A DNA stretch of 61,312 nt, filler included. It is 6 parts of 6 records of this genome, joined end to end, with 100 filler letters (N's around TTAATTAATTAA, not from the genome) between each part and the next. Parts side by side here need not be neighbours in the genome. Positions count along the whole stretch, not along the records: positions 25,704 to 41,107 come from DRR723986_703; positions 41,208 to 53,008 come from DRR723986_707; 4 more parts are not named here. One strand, given 5' to 3'. Below the pieces are notes generated by a model, which did no database searches, had not been told where the DNA came from, and saw nothing but the letters and a program-made list of their open reading frames with translations. Positions 36,960 to 46,859 of this stretch are shown piece after piece. Positions within the stretch are counted from its first letter, which is position 1, and every line of letters begins with the position of its first letter. Made by a program: the position numbers and the translations under genes.

Positions 36960-38276
36960 ATGGAATGGTATGTCACGCTCAGCATTATCCTGATCCCGCT
37001 TTTCATCCTGATGTTGATGGGGTTGCCGGTCGCCTTTTCCTTTCTCGCCGTAAATCTGGTCGGGTCCTACATCCTGATGGGTGGATTTTCGGGGATCGAG
37101 CAACTGGTTCTCAACACCGTCGGTTCCGTGACCAGTTTCACCCTGATCCCGATTGCCCTGTTCATGATCATGGGCGAGGCGATGTTCCGGTCCGGCATTG
37201 CGATCGAACTGATGGACACGCTGGACAAATGGTTCGGCAAGGTGCGCGGTCGCCTCGCGCTGATGGCCGTTGGCGGCGGCGTTCTGTTTTCGACCCTGAC
37301 GGGCAATTCCATGGGCTCCATTGCATTGTTGGGGTCTTCCCTGACGCCAGAGATGGAAAAGCGTGGCTATGCCAAGTCGATGTCGCTCGGTCCCATTCTC
37401 GGGTCCTCCGGCCTCGCGATCATGATCCCGCCCTCTTCGCTGGCGGTGGTTTTGGGGGTGATCGGCGATATCTCCATCGGTCGTATCCTGATCGGCATCA
37501 TCGTGCCGGGATTCGTGATGGCGCTGCTCTATGTCCTCTACATTCTCGGCCGCTGTCATCTGCAGCCGCATCTGGCCCCCACTTTCGACATCCCGAAAGT
37601 CAGCCTGGGCGAGAAACTGCTGGCAACAGGCATCAACATCGTGCCGCTTTCGCTGATCGTCTTTTCGGTCGTCGGCGTCATCTTCCTGGGCATCGCCACG
37701 CCCAGTGAAGCCGCCGCGACAGGCGCTTTCGCGACGCTGCTGCTTGCCGCGCTGCGCCGCCGACTGACACCGAAAGTGTTCGGAGAGACGATTTTTTCCA
37801 GCGCCAACATCTCTGTCATGGTGCTGTTGATCGTATCCGGCGCGGTCACCTTCTCGCAGTTGATGGCCTTCACCGGGGCCACCTACGGAATGGTCGATGC
37901 GGTTCTGAGTCTCGACATTTCGGATCACGCGATTGTCTTCATGATGATCATGCTGGTGGTGTTCATGGGGATGTTCATGGGACCGCTGCCAATCATGCTG
38001 ATCACGCTGCCGATCTTTGTGCCCGTCGTGCAGCAGTTCCAGATGGACCTGATCTGGTTCGCCGCCCTGTTTCTTGTCGCGATCGAAACCGGGGCGACCT
38101 CGCCGCCATTCGGGGCGGCGCTGTTCGTGATGAAGGCGGTGGCCCCCAAGGGAACGACCATGGGCGACATCTACCGCGCGGCGGTGCCCTTCATCCTGCT
38201 GGACCTGCTGGCGATCCTGCTGATCTTCTTCATTCCGGAGTTGGTAACCTACCCGGTCGACCTGATGTTCCGATGA
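36960..38276 (+). CDS. dctM: TRAP transporter large permease DctM
   Basis: 12 TM, GLPVAF, MIPPS, ATPSEAAA, SPPFG. Confidence 0.93.
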   Translation: MEWYVTLSIILIPLFILMLMGLPVAFSFLAVNLVGSYILMGGFSGIEQLVLNTVGSVTSFTLIPIALFMIMGEAMFRSGIAIELMDTLDKWFGKVRGRLALMAVGGGVLFSTLTGNSMGSIALLGSSLTPEMEKRGYAKSMSLGPILGSSGLAIMIPPSSLAVVLGVIGDISIGRILIGIIVPGFVMALLYVLYILGRCHLQPHLAPTFDIPKVSLGEKLLATGINIVPLSLIVFSVVGVIFLGIATPSEAAATGAFATLLLAALRRRLTPKVFGETIFSSANISVMVLLIVSGAVTFSQLMAFTGATYGMVDAVLSLDISDHAIVFMMIMLVVFMGMFMGPLPIMLITLPIFVPVVQQFQMDLIWFAALFLVAIETGATSPPFGAALFVMKAVAPKGTTMGDIYRAAVPFILLDLLAILLIFFIPELVTYPVDLMFR

Positions 38277-39835
38277 GCCGCCCGAACGTCCTTGTGATCA
38301 TGACCGATCAACAGCGTGCCGATCACCTCGGCTGCTATGGCAACAGGATCGTGCGGACACCCAATATCGACGCGCTGGCCGCGCGGGGGACTCGGTTTGA
38401 CCGGTTCTACGTCGCCAACCCGATCTGCCAGCCCAACCGCGCCGCCCTCGCCACGGGGCAACTGACCTCTGTCAACGGCTGCCGTCAGAACGGTATTCCC
38501 CTCGGACTGGACTGCACGACCTACGCAGACGTGCTGCGCGCGGCAGGCTATCGAACGGGGCTGGTTGGCAAGGCGCATTTCCAGAACGTATCCCCGGTGC
38601 CCGCGCGTATGCCCACAGCCGCGGGAAACGGGGCAGCGCCAGCCACCCCCTTCGATCTGGCACGCAGAAGCCAACGTCGCGGCCCCGACTACGAGCACGA
38701 GATTCGCACAGGCTGGATCGACAACCCGGACCGAGAGGTGCCAACCCCCTATTACGGCTTCGACCATCTGCGGCTGTGCATCGGCCATGGCGACCAGGTG
38801 GAGGGGCATTACACCGGCTGGCTGCGCGACCGGCTGAACGGCGCGCCCGATCCGCGCGGGCGCAAGGCGGCGCTTGGCACGGACGCCAATGACACGCCGC
38901 AGGTGTGGCGCACGGCGGTGCCCGAAACACTGTATCCCACGGCTTTTGTGGGCGAGGAGGCCTGCACCTTCCTGCAAGATCAGAGCAATGATCCCTTCCT
39001 TCTGGTAGCGTCCTTCCCCGACCCGCATCACCCGTTCACGCCACCGGGCCGCTATTTCGACATGTATGACCCAGCCGATATCCCCCTGCCCGAAAGCTTC
39101 GGCCATCGGACCGCGGCCCGCACCGACCTGCCAGAACATATCCAGCGGGTCTACGAGATCGGGGCCGAAAAGCCCGATGCCTATTGGCCGTTCCACAGCG
39201 ACGCCGAGGCCACACGCCGAATGATCGCGCTCAACTATGGTGCGATTACCATGATCGACGACTGGGTCGGCCGGATCCTGGACACGCTGGCACGAAGCGG
39301 CAAGGCGGCAAACACCATTGTCATCTTCATGTCCGATCACGGCGATTACATGGGGGACCATGGCACGGTGCTCAAACACGGACTGCACAGTCACGGACTG
39401 ATCCGCGTGCCGCTGATCTGGGCCGATACACGACGCGAGGCGGGAGTATCGTCTGTGCAGGGCAGTGCTATCGACTTCGCGCCCACCCTTCTGCAAAGCG
39501 CCGGTCTGAAATGTCCCGTTGGCATGCAGGGGCGTGACCTGCTGGCAGAAGATGCGGAAAACCTGCCAGTGCTGATCGAGGATTCCGGCCTTGCCTTCGC
39601 CAGTGGCGACGGGCGCACCGCAAGCCGGACGCTGGTTCATGACGGCTGGCGGATGACCGTTTTCGAGGGCTCGGAGCTAGGCGAATTATTTGATCTGGAG
39701 GCGGATCCGCACGAGTTGTCGAACCTCTGGTCCGATCCGGGCTCTGCCGACCGGCGGGCGGCCATAATGCAGCAGCTTGCCCTGCGCATGATCGCGCTCC
39801 GCGACACGTCCATCCTACCCACACATCAGGCCTAG
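38273..39835 (+). CDS. Formylglycine-dependent sulfatase
   Basis: PNVLVIMTDQQR, CQPNR (CxPxR), GKAH, DPHHP, SDHGD; no signal peptide. Confidence 0.92.
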   Translation: MSRPNVLVIMTDQQRADHLGCYGNRIVRTPNIDALAARGTRFDRFYVANPICQPNRAALATGQLTSVNGCRQNGIPLGLDCTTYADVLRAAGYRTGLVGKAHFQNVSPVPARMPTAAGNGAAPATPFDLARRSQRRGPDYEHEIRTGWIDNPDREVPTPYYGFDHLRLCIGHGDQVEGHYTGWLRDRLNGAPDPRGRKAALGTDANDTPQVWRTAVPETLYPTAFVGEEACTFLQDQSNDPFLLVASFPDPHHPFTPPGRYFDMYDPADIPLPESFGHRTAARTDLPEHIQRVYEIGAEKPDAYWPFHSDAEATRRMIALNYGAITMIDDWVGRILDTLARSGKAANTIVIFMSDHGDYMGDHGTVLKHGLHSHGLIRVPLIWADTRREAGVSSVQGSAIDFAPTLLQSAGLKCPVGMQGRDLLAEDAENLPVLIEDSGLAFASGDGRTASRTLVHDGWRMTVFEGSELGELFDLEADPHELSNLWSDPGSADRRAAIMQQLALRMIALRDTSILPTHQA

Positions 39836-39839
39836 ACCC

Positions 39840-41021
39840 ATGCAGAACACTCCCCTCAATATCCTGATCGTCGGCGGAGGTATCGCAGGTTGCTGCGCGG
39901 CCATTGCATTGACGCAAGAAGGTCACCGGGTTCGAATCGTTGAAAAACAGGATGCCTGGCGGTTCCAGAGCTCGGGCATCTTCGTCTATGCCAACGGCCT
40001 TGTCAGCCTGCGCAGGCTTGGCCTTCTCGAGGGTATTCTTGCGGCGGGCTTTGCTGTGCCCGAGGGGCGCAACGCCTATTTCGACCATCTCGGTCAGCCG
40101 ATCATGGACACGTTCTACCCGGCTGCGGACGGGGGCCAGATCCCTTCAATCCTCGGGATCAAGCGGGCCGAGATGCACCGTGTCATGGCGGCACGGGTGA
40201 ACGCCCTGGCCGTGCCAATACACCTGGGCACCACGGTGAAAGCGCTCGAAGAGGGGGCCGAAGGCATCACGGCCACGCTGTCGGATGGCAGCGCGGAACG
40301 CTTCGATCTCGTGATTGGTGCCGACGGGGTGCGTTCGTCGGTACGGGCGATGATTGGTATCGACATTGCCCCGCGATATACCGGGGTCGGTGTCTGGCGG
40401 TCCGTGCATCGCAGACCGGCAGGGCTGACCGACAAGATCATGATGATGGGCCCCGCCAAGCGTTTCGGCATCATGCCGATCAGCGATGACCTGCTTTATA
40501 CGTTCGGAACCGTGGCCGAACCGGAAGACAGCCACTACGCGCCTGCCGATTGGCCCCGGTTGATGGCCGAACGCTTCGCCGAGTTCTGCGACCCCGCAGC
40601 GCCCTTCCTCGGGGAATTGGATGCCCAGTCCGAGCTGCTCTTCACCAAGATCGAGGAAATCGTCCTGCCCTTGCCATGGCACAAGGGGCGGGTTCAGTTG
40701 ATAGGCGATGCGGCCCACGCCTCGACCCCGTTCATGGGGCAAGGGGGCGCGATGGCCATGCAGGATGCCGTGGTTCTGGCCGATGCACTCGCCGCCCATG
40801 ACACGCTTGAAACGGCGCTGGCGGCGTTCGGACAGGCGCGGTTTCCGGTCTGTGCCTTCGTGCAGGATGTCTCTCGCGCCGTGGGAGAGGCCGGGGCGCA
40901 AGAAACCGCAGGCGGTGCCGCCGAACGCCATGCCGAGATGCGTGCGACGGCGCAAGGGAAAGTGGACGGGTTCTATCGCAAGCTTGAGGACTTGACCGAA
41001 GCGGGCCGTTTTCGACGCTGA
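39840..41021 (+). CDS. Second FAD-dependent monooxygenase/oxidoreductase
   Basis: GGGIAG, IGADGVRS, IGDAAHASTPFMGQGGAMAMQD. Confidence 0.9.
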   Translation: MQNTPLNILIVGGGIAGCCAAIALTQEGHRVRIVEKQDAWRFQSSGIFVYANGLVSLRRLGLLEGILAAGFAVPEGRNAYFDHLGQPIMDTFYPAADGGQIPSILGIKRAEMHRVMAARVNALAVPIHLGTTVKALEEGAEGITATLSDGSAERFDLVIGADGVRSSVRAMIGIDIAPRYTGVGVWRSVHRRPAGLTDKIMMMGPAKRFGIMPISDDLLYTFGTVAEPEDSHYAPADWPRLMAERFAEFCDPAAPFLGELDAQSELLFTKIEEIVLPLPWHKGRVQLIGDAAHASTPFMGQGGAMAMQDAVVLADALAAHDTLETALAAFGQARFPVCAFVQDVSRAVGEAGAQETAGGAAERHAEMRATAQGKVDGFYRKLEDLTEAGRFRR

Positions 41022-41107
41022 GAACGCCTAGCCCGGCAAGCGCAGCCGCCCCGATATCTCCGCCTCCAGGTGGTTCAGGGCGCCGACCCCTGCCCCGGCG
41101 GTCCAGA

Positions 41108-41207
41108 NNNNNNNNNNNNNNNNNNNNNNNNNNNNNNNNNNNNNNNNNNNNTTAATTAATTAANNNNNNNNNNNNNNNNNNNNNNNNNNNNNNNNNNNNN
41201 NNNNNNN
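41108..41207. other. Artificial contig spacer
   Basis: N-run with TTAATTAATTAA. Confidence 0.99.
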
Positions 41208-41208
41208 G

Positions 41209-43086
41209 CAGCGCCTCGACGGGCCGGTGCGCGGCAACTCCAAGATCGTGCAGGAGCTCGAGGGCAACTTCCGCGGCTCCGGCTGGGACGTGATCAAGCT
41301 GCTCTGGGGCCGGGGCTGGGACGAACTGCTGGAGCAGGACACCTCCGGCAAGCTGCGGCAGCTGATGGACGAGACCATCGACGGCGACTACCAGACCTTC
41401 AAGTCGAAGGACGGCGCCTACATCCGCAAGCATTTCTTCGGCAAGTATCCCGAGACCGCCGAGCTGGTGAAGGACTGGACCGATGACCAGATCTGGGCGC
41501 TGCGCCGCGGCGGCCACGACCCCAAGAAGGTTTACAACGCCTTCCTGCGCGCCACCAAGGCCAAGGGCCAGCCCACCGTCCTGCTGGCCAAGACGGTCAA
41601 GGGCTACGGCATGGGCACTGCCGGTGAGGGGCAGAACACCACCCACCAGCAAAAGAAGATGCAGCTGGACCAGCTGAAGGCGATGCGCGACCGCTTCAAG
41701 ATCCCCGTCACCGACGAGGAACTGGAAAAGGACATCCCCTTCGTCACGCTGAACAACGCGCAGAAGGCCTATCTGGCCGAGCGCCGCAAGGAGTTGGGCG
41801 GTTCCTTCCCCAAGCGCGAAACGCAGTCGCCGAAGCTGGAAATCCCGCCGCTGGAGACCTTCAAGAAGGAGCTTCAGTCCTCGGGGGATCGCGAATTCTC
41901 GACCACCATGGCCTTCGTCCGCATCCTGACCACGCTTCTGCGTGACAAGAAGGTGGGCAAGAACGTGGTGCCGATCGTGCCGGACGAAAGCCGCACCTTC
42001 GGGATGGAGGGGCTGTTCCGCTCCGTCGGCATCTACAACCCGAAGGGGCAGCTTTATACCCCCGAGGACCGCGAGCAGATGTCCTACTACAAGGAATCGG
42101 CGGACGGACAGGTGCTGCAAGAGGGCATCAACGAGGCCGGCGCCATGGCCGACTGGATCGCGGCGGCAACCGCGTACAGCAACCACGGCGTGCCGATGAT
42201 CCCCTTCTACATCTACTACTCGATGTTCGGCTTCCAGCGGATCGGCGACCTGGCCTGGGCCGCCGGTGACTCGCGGGCCCGCGGCTTCATGCTGGGCGGC
42301 ACGGCCGGGCGCACGACGCTGAACGGCGAGGGCCTGCAGCACGAGGACGGCCACAGCCACATCCTTGCCAGCACCATCCCGAACTGCATCACCTATGACC
42401 CGACCTTCAGCTACGAGGTCGCCGTCATCGTGCAGAACGGCATGCAGCGGATGTACCAGGATCAGGAAGACGTCTTCTTCTACCTGACGCTGATGAACGA
42501 GAACTACCATCACCCGGAAATGCCGATGGGCGCCGAAGAGGGCATTCTCAAGGGCCTCTACCGCATGTCCAAGACGGCGAAACCGGGCAAGAAGCACGTC
42601 AACCTGATGGGCTCCGGCACGATTCTCGTGCAGGCGCTGAAGGCGGCCGAGATGCTGAAGGAAGACTTCGGCGTCACCTCGGACATCTGGTCGGCGACCT
42701 CGTTCAACGAGTTGGCGCGCGATTATCAGGATTGCGAGCGGCACAACCGCCTCAATCCCTTCGCCGAAGAGCGGGTGCCCTATATCACCCAGACCCTCGC
42801 CAACGCGCAGGGGCCGATCATCGTCGCCACCGACTACATGAAGAACTACGCCGAGCAGGTGCGCGGCGCGGTCAAGCAGCGCTTCACGGTGCTGGGCACG
42901 GATGGCTTCGGCCGCTCCGACAGCCGGGTCAACCTGCGCCGCTTCTTCGAGGTGGACGCGAACCACATCGCGGCGGCGGCCATGGTCGACCTGTTCCGCG
43001 AGGGTGCCGTGTCCGAGAAGGACCTCGAGGCGGCTCTAAAGAAATACGACATCGACGGCGGCAAGCCGAACCCGCGGCTGAGCTGA
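41209..43086 (+). CDS. aceE: Pyruvate dehydrogenase E1, homodimeric type, 5'-truncated
   Basis: QRLDGPVRGN, RGGHD, PDESRTFGMEG, YSMFGFQRIGD, GEGLQH, GTDGFGRSD. Confidence 0.96.
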   Translation, partial: QRLDGPVRGNSKIVQELEGNFRGSGWDVIKLLWGRGWDELLEQDTSGKLRQLMDETIDGDYQTFKSKDGAYIRKHFFGKYPETAELVKDWTDDQIWALRRGGHDPKKVYNAFLRATKAKGQPTVLLAKTVKGYGMGTAGEGQNTTHQQKKMQLDQLKAMRDRFKIPVTDEELEKDIPFVTLNNAQKAYLAERRKELGGSFPKRETQSPKLEIPPLETFKKELQSSGDREFSTTMAFVRILTTLLRDKKVGKNVVPIVPDESRTFGMEGLFRSVGIYNPKGQLYTPEDREQMSYYKESADGQVLQEGINEAGAMADWIAAATAYSNHGVPMIPFYIYYSMFGFQRIGDLAWAAGDSRARGFMLGGTAGRTTLNGEGLQHEDGHSHILASTIPNCITYDPTFSYEVAVIVQNGMQRMYQDQEDVFFYLTLMNENYHHPEMPMGAEEGILKGLYRMSKTAKPGKKHVNLMGSGTILVQALKAAEMLKEDFGVTSDIWSATSFNELARDYQDCERHNRLNPFAEERVPYITQTLANAQGPIIVATDYMKNYAEQVRGAVKQRFTVLGTDGFGRSDSRVNLRRFFEVDANHIAAAAMVDLFREGAVSEKDLEAALKKYDIDGGKPNPRLS

Positions 43087-43107
43087 TCGGGACTGGAGGA
43101 AGAACAC

Positions 43108-44373
43108 ATGAGCACAGAAGTCAAAGTCCCGGATATCGGCGATTTCAACGAGGTTCCGGTCGTGACCGTTCTGGTCAGCGTCGGCGACACGATTGCCGAA
43201 GAGGATCCGATCGTCGAACTGGAAAGCGACAAGGCCACGATGGAGGTTCCCTCCTCCGCCGCCGGTGTCGTGAAGGAAATCAAGGTCGCCGAGGGCGACA
43301 AGGTGTCCGAGGGCTCGGTCATCCTGATCCTCGAAGGTGATGGCGCGGGAGCCGGGTCTGAGAAGAAGGAAGAGAAGAAAGAGGAACCCAAGGCCGAAGC
43401 GCCGAAGGAAGAACCCAAGCCTGCCAAGCAGGAAAGCTCTGCCGCGCCGGTCACGGATGCGGGTTTCTCCAAGGTCCATGCCTCGCCGTCGGTCCGGGCC
43501 TTTGCCCGCCGGGTCGAGGTCGACCTGAACAAGGTGAACGGCACCGGCCGCAAGGGTCGCATCCTGCGCGAGGACGTGGAGAAGGCGCTGAAATCCGCCG
43601 CTCCGGTCGCCGCGGGCGCGCCTGCGCAGGGCGGCATGGGCATCCCGCCGATCCCCGCCGTCGACTTCTCGAAGTTCGGCCCGGTGGAAGAAGTCGAGAT
43701 GTCCCGGATCAAGAAGATCTCCGGCCCCGCGCTGCACCGCTCGTGGCTGAACATCCCGCATGTGACGCACAACGACGAGGCGGACATCACCGACCTCGAC
43801 AAGTACCGCAAGGAAATGGACACGATGGCCAAGGAGAACGGCTATCGCGTGACCCTGCTGTCCTTCGTCATCAAGGCCAGCGTTTCGGCGCTGAAGGAGC
43901 ATTGGGAGTTCAACTCGTCCATCCATCCCGACGGCGACAAGCTGATCAAGAAGGACTTCTACAACATCGGTTTCGCGGCGGACACGCCGAACGGCCTGAT
44001 GGTCCCGGTCATCAAGGACGCCGACCGCAAGGGGCTGGTGGACATCTCGAAAGAGCTGATGACCCTGTCCAAGGCCGCCCGTGACGGCGAGCTGAAGTCC
44101 AAGGACATGCAGGGCGCGACCTTCACGATCTCGTCCCTTGGCGGCATCGGCGGCACCTCGTTCACGCCCATCGTGAACGCGCCCGAGGTGGCGATCCTCG
44201 GTCTGACCCGGTCCAAGATGCAGCCGGTCTGGAACGGCGAGGAGTTCGTGCCGCGCCTGATGCAGCCGCTGTCCCTGTCCTACGACCACCGTGCCGTGGA
44301 CGGCGCCTTGGCCGCACGCTTCGTCGTGACGCTCAAGACGCTGCTCGGCGACATGCGCAAGCTGATGTGGTGA
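43108..44373 (+). CDS. aceF: Dihydrolipoamide acetyltransferase E2 (one lipoyl domain)
   Basis: ESDKA lipoyl motif, HASPSVR binding domain, YDHRAVDG. Confidence 0.95.
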   Translation: MSTEVKVPDIGDFNEVPVVTVLVSVGDTIAEEDPIVELESDKATMEVPSSAAGVVKEIKVAEGDKVSEGSVILILEGDGAGAGSEKKEEKKEEPKAEAPKEEPKPAKQESSAAPVTDAGFSKVHASPSVRAFARRVEVDLNKVNGTGRKGRILREDVEKALKSAAPVAAGAPAQGGMGIPPIPAVDFSKFGPVEEVEMSRIKKISGPALHRSWLNIPHVTHNDEADITDLDKYRKEMDTMAKENGYRVTLLSFVIKASVSALKEHWEFNSSIHPDGDKLIKKDFYNIGFAADTPNGLMVPVIKDADRKGLVDISKELMTLSKAARDGELKSKDMQGATFTISSLGGIGGTSFTPIVNAPEVAILGLTRSKMQPVWNGEEFVPRLMQPLSLSYDHRAVDGALAARFVVTLKTLLGDMRKLMW

Positions 44374-44383
44374 GGTGAGGAAC

Positions 44384-46132
44384 ATGGAAGTCAAAGTACC
44401 CGATATCGGTGATTTCAAGGACGTTCCCGTCGTCACCGTGCTCGTCTCCGTCGGCGACGAGGTAAAGGAAGAGGACGCGCTTCTCGAGTTGGAATCCGAC
44501 AAGGCCACGATGGAAGTGCCCTCGCCCGCAGCGGGCAAGGTCGTGGAGATCAAGGTCAAGGAAGGCGACAAGGTCTCCGAAGGCTCCGTCATCATGGTGC
44601 TGGAAGGCGCCGATGCGGGCGTCGCCGAAGATGCGCCCAGGGACGCGCCGAAAGAGGCCGCGGCCGAGGCGCCGAAATCCGTCGCGGCGACCGGCACGGC
44701 CTCTGGTCAGGGCGACATCCACGCCGAGGTGGTCGTGCTGGGCTCTGGCCCCGGCGGCTACACGGCGGCCTTCCGCGCCGCCGACCTCGGCAAGAAGGTG
44801 GTGCTCATCGAGCGCTACCCCTCGCTGGGCGGTGTCTGCCTGAACGTCGGCTGCATCCCGTCCAAGGCCCTTTTGCACGTCGCCAAGGTGATCACCGAGG
44901 CCGAAGAGATGAGCGCCCATGGCGTCACCTTCGGTGCGCCGAAGATCGACCTCGACGAGATCCGCGCCTTCAAGGACGACGTCGTCGGCAAGCTGACCGG
45001 CGGTCTCGAAGGCCTCGCCAAGGGGCGCAAGGTCACGACGGTGCAGGGCGTGGGCAAGTTCACCGGTCCGAACATGATCGAGGTCACGGGCGACGACGGC
45101 ACCAAGACGGTCAGCTTCGACCAGTGCATCATTGCTGCCGGGTCCGAACCCGTGGACCTGCCCTTCATTCCGCATGACGACCCGCGGGTGATCGACTCGA
45201 CCGGCGCGCTGGAACTGGCCGACATTCCGGGCCGGATGCTGGTGCTGGGCGGCGGCATCATCGGGCTGGAAATGGCCTGCGTCTACGATGCGCTGGGCAG
45301 CAAGATCACCGTGGTCGAACTGATGGACCAGATCATCCCCGGCGCCGACAAGGACATCGTCAAGCCGCTGATGACCCGCATCAAAGGCCGGTACGAGAAC
45401 ATCTTCCTCAAGACCAAGGTCACCGCCGTCGAGGCGCAGGACGATGGTCTGAAGGTCACCTTCGAGGACGACAAGGGAGAGCAGTTCTCCGACACCTTCG
45501 ACAAGGTTCTGGTCGCCGTGGGCCGCAAGCCCAACGGCAAGCTGATCGACGCCGAGAAGGCGGGCGTGGCGGTGGACGATCGCGGCTTCATCGCCGTGGA
45601 TCGCCAGATGAAGACCGGCGTGGGCCATATCTTCGCCATCGGCGACGTCGTGGGCCAGCCCATGCTGGCGCACAAGGCCGTGCACGAGGGCAAGGTCGCC
45701 GCAGAGGTCGCGAGCGGAGAGAAGCGGTTCTTCGACGCCAAGCTGATCCCCTCGGTCGCCTATACCGACCCCGAGGTCGCGTGGTGCGGGCTGACGGAGA
45801 CGGAGGCCAAGAAGCAGGGCGTGAAGTACGAAAAGGGCGTCTTCCCATGGGCGGCGTCGGGCCGTGCGCTGTCGCTGGGCCGCAGCGAGGGCATCACCAA
45901 GCTGTTGTTCGATCCGGAAGATGACCGCGTCATCGGCGCCTGCATCGTCGGGGTGAACGCGGGCGATCTGATCGCAGAGGCGGCGCTGGCCATCGAGATG
46001 GGGGCCGATGCCACCGACCTTGGCCACACCATCCACCCGCACCCGACGCTGTCGGAGACGGTGAACTTCTCTGCCGAGATGTTCGAGGGCACGATCACCG
46101 ATCTGATGCCGCCCAAGAAGAAAAAGCACTGA
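44384..46132 (+). CDS. lpdA: Dihydrolipoamide dehydrogenase E3 with N-terminal lipoyl domain
   Basis: ESDKA lipoyl domain then GSGPGG, CLNVGCIPSK, HPHPTLSE. Confidence 0.96.
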   Translation: MEVKVPDIGDFKDVPVVTVLVSVGDEVKEEDALLELESDKATMEVPSPAAGKVVEIKVKEGDKVSEGSVIMVLEGADAGVAEDAPRDAPKEAAAEAPKSVAATGTASGQGDIHAEVVVLGSGPGGYTAAFRAADLGKKVVLIERYPSLGGVCLNVGCIPSKALLHVAKVITEAEEMSAHGVTFGAPKIDLDEIRAFKDDVVGKLTGGLEGLAKGRKVTTVQGVGKFTGPNMIEVTGDDGTKTVSFDQCIIAAGSEPVDLPFIPHDDPRVIDSTGALELADIPGRMLVLGGGIIGLEMACVYDALGSKITVVELMDQIIPGADKDIVKPLMTRIKGRYENIFLKTKVTAVEAQDDGLKVTFEDDKGEQFSDTFDKVLVAVGRKPNGKLIDAEKAGVAVDDRGFIAVDRQMKTGVGHIFAIGDVVGQPMLAHKAVHEGKVAAEVASGEKRFFDAKLIPSVAYTDPEVAWCGLTETEAKKQGVKYEKGVFPWAASGRALSLGRSEGITKLLFDPEDDRVIGACIVGVNAGDLIAEAALAIEMGADATDLGHTIHPHPTLSETVNFSAEMFEGTITDLMPPKKKKH

Positions 46133-46149
46133 ACCCTCGGTGCGACACG

Positions 46150-46182
46150 AAAAAGGCGCGGTCCCCATGGGCCGCGCCTTTT
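46150..46182. terminator. Bidirectional terminator between lpdA and chrR
   Basis: AAAAGGCGCGG..CCGCGCCTTTT. Confidence 0.8.
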
Positions 46183-46205
46183 GCTTTTGCGTCAAGTGGT
46201 CCTGC

Positions 46206-46859
46206 CTAGATCCCGACGAAGGGCTGCGCCAGCCGGGGCAACCAGCCCTTGAACCGCAGGGGTGCATCCGTCACCGCCAGACAGATGCAATCCTCCGAGA
46301 CATCGGCGACCGGCATGTGGTTGACGTCCGCATCGGCGATCTCGATGTCGCCCCGGGCAAAGCGGCCGCCCTCGTCCTCGAAGGCGCCTTGCAGCACAAG
46401 CGTCAGCTCCAGCCCCTTGTGGCCATGATCCGGAACCGCCGCTCCGGCCGGAATGTACAACAGCCGCGCCGTGGCCTCGCGCGAGGTTTCGAGCACCGCC
46501 TGCTTCACCCCCAGCCCGACGGGACGCCAGCGCACCCCGCTGAAATCGCCCCGGATGTAGTCGCGCAGCGGCGCGGGCACCGGGCTCTTGGCCACGGGCG
46601 CGGGGCGGGCCTGCGGCGCGGCGGCGCGGATGCGATCCAGCGTGGCGGTCAGGCAATCCTCGGCAAGGGGCGCGGTCTCTGCCGCCTCGACCAGAGCGCC
46701 GCCCACGGCGTCGCAGGCCTCCAGCGCGGCGCGGCATTCGTCGCAGAGCGAGATATGCGTCGCCACGATCAGGTTGACGGCCTCGGGCAGGGTGCCCGCC
46801 GAATAGCCGAGAAGCAGATCCTCGGTCAGATGGTGGTTGATAGCGGTGTCGGTCATCAT
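46206..46859 (-). CDS. chrR: ChrR anti-sigma-E factor
   Basis: HH....L..Y.AG.L, HISLCDEC ZAS motif, cupin PDHGH.G.ELTLVLQG. Confidence 0.95.
   Translation of the reverse strand: MMTDTAINHHLTEDLLLGYSAGTLPEAVNLIVATHISLCDECRAALEACDAVGGALVEAAETAPLAEDCLTATLDRIRAAAPQARPAPVAKSPVPAPLRDYIRGDFSGVRWRPVGLGVKQAVLETSREATARLLYIPAGAAVPDHGHKGLELTLVLQGAFEDEGGRFARGDIEIADADVNHMPVADVSEDCICLAVTDAPLRFKGWLPRLAQPFVGI

Noticed and set aside
41028-41107. Possible C-terminal fragment of a minus-strand gene at the contig end
   Set aside because: Only about 25 codons and no diagnostic motif
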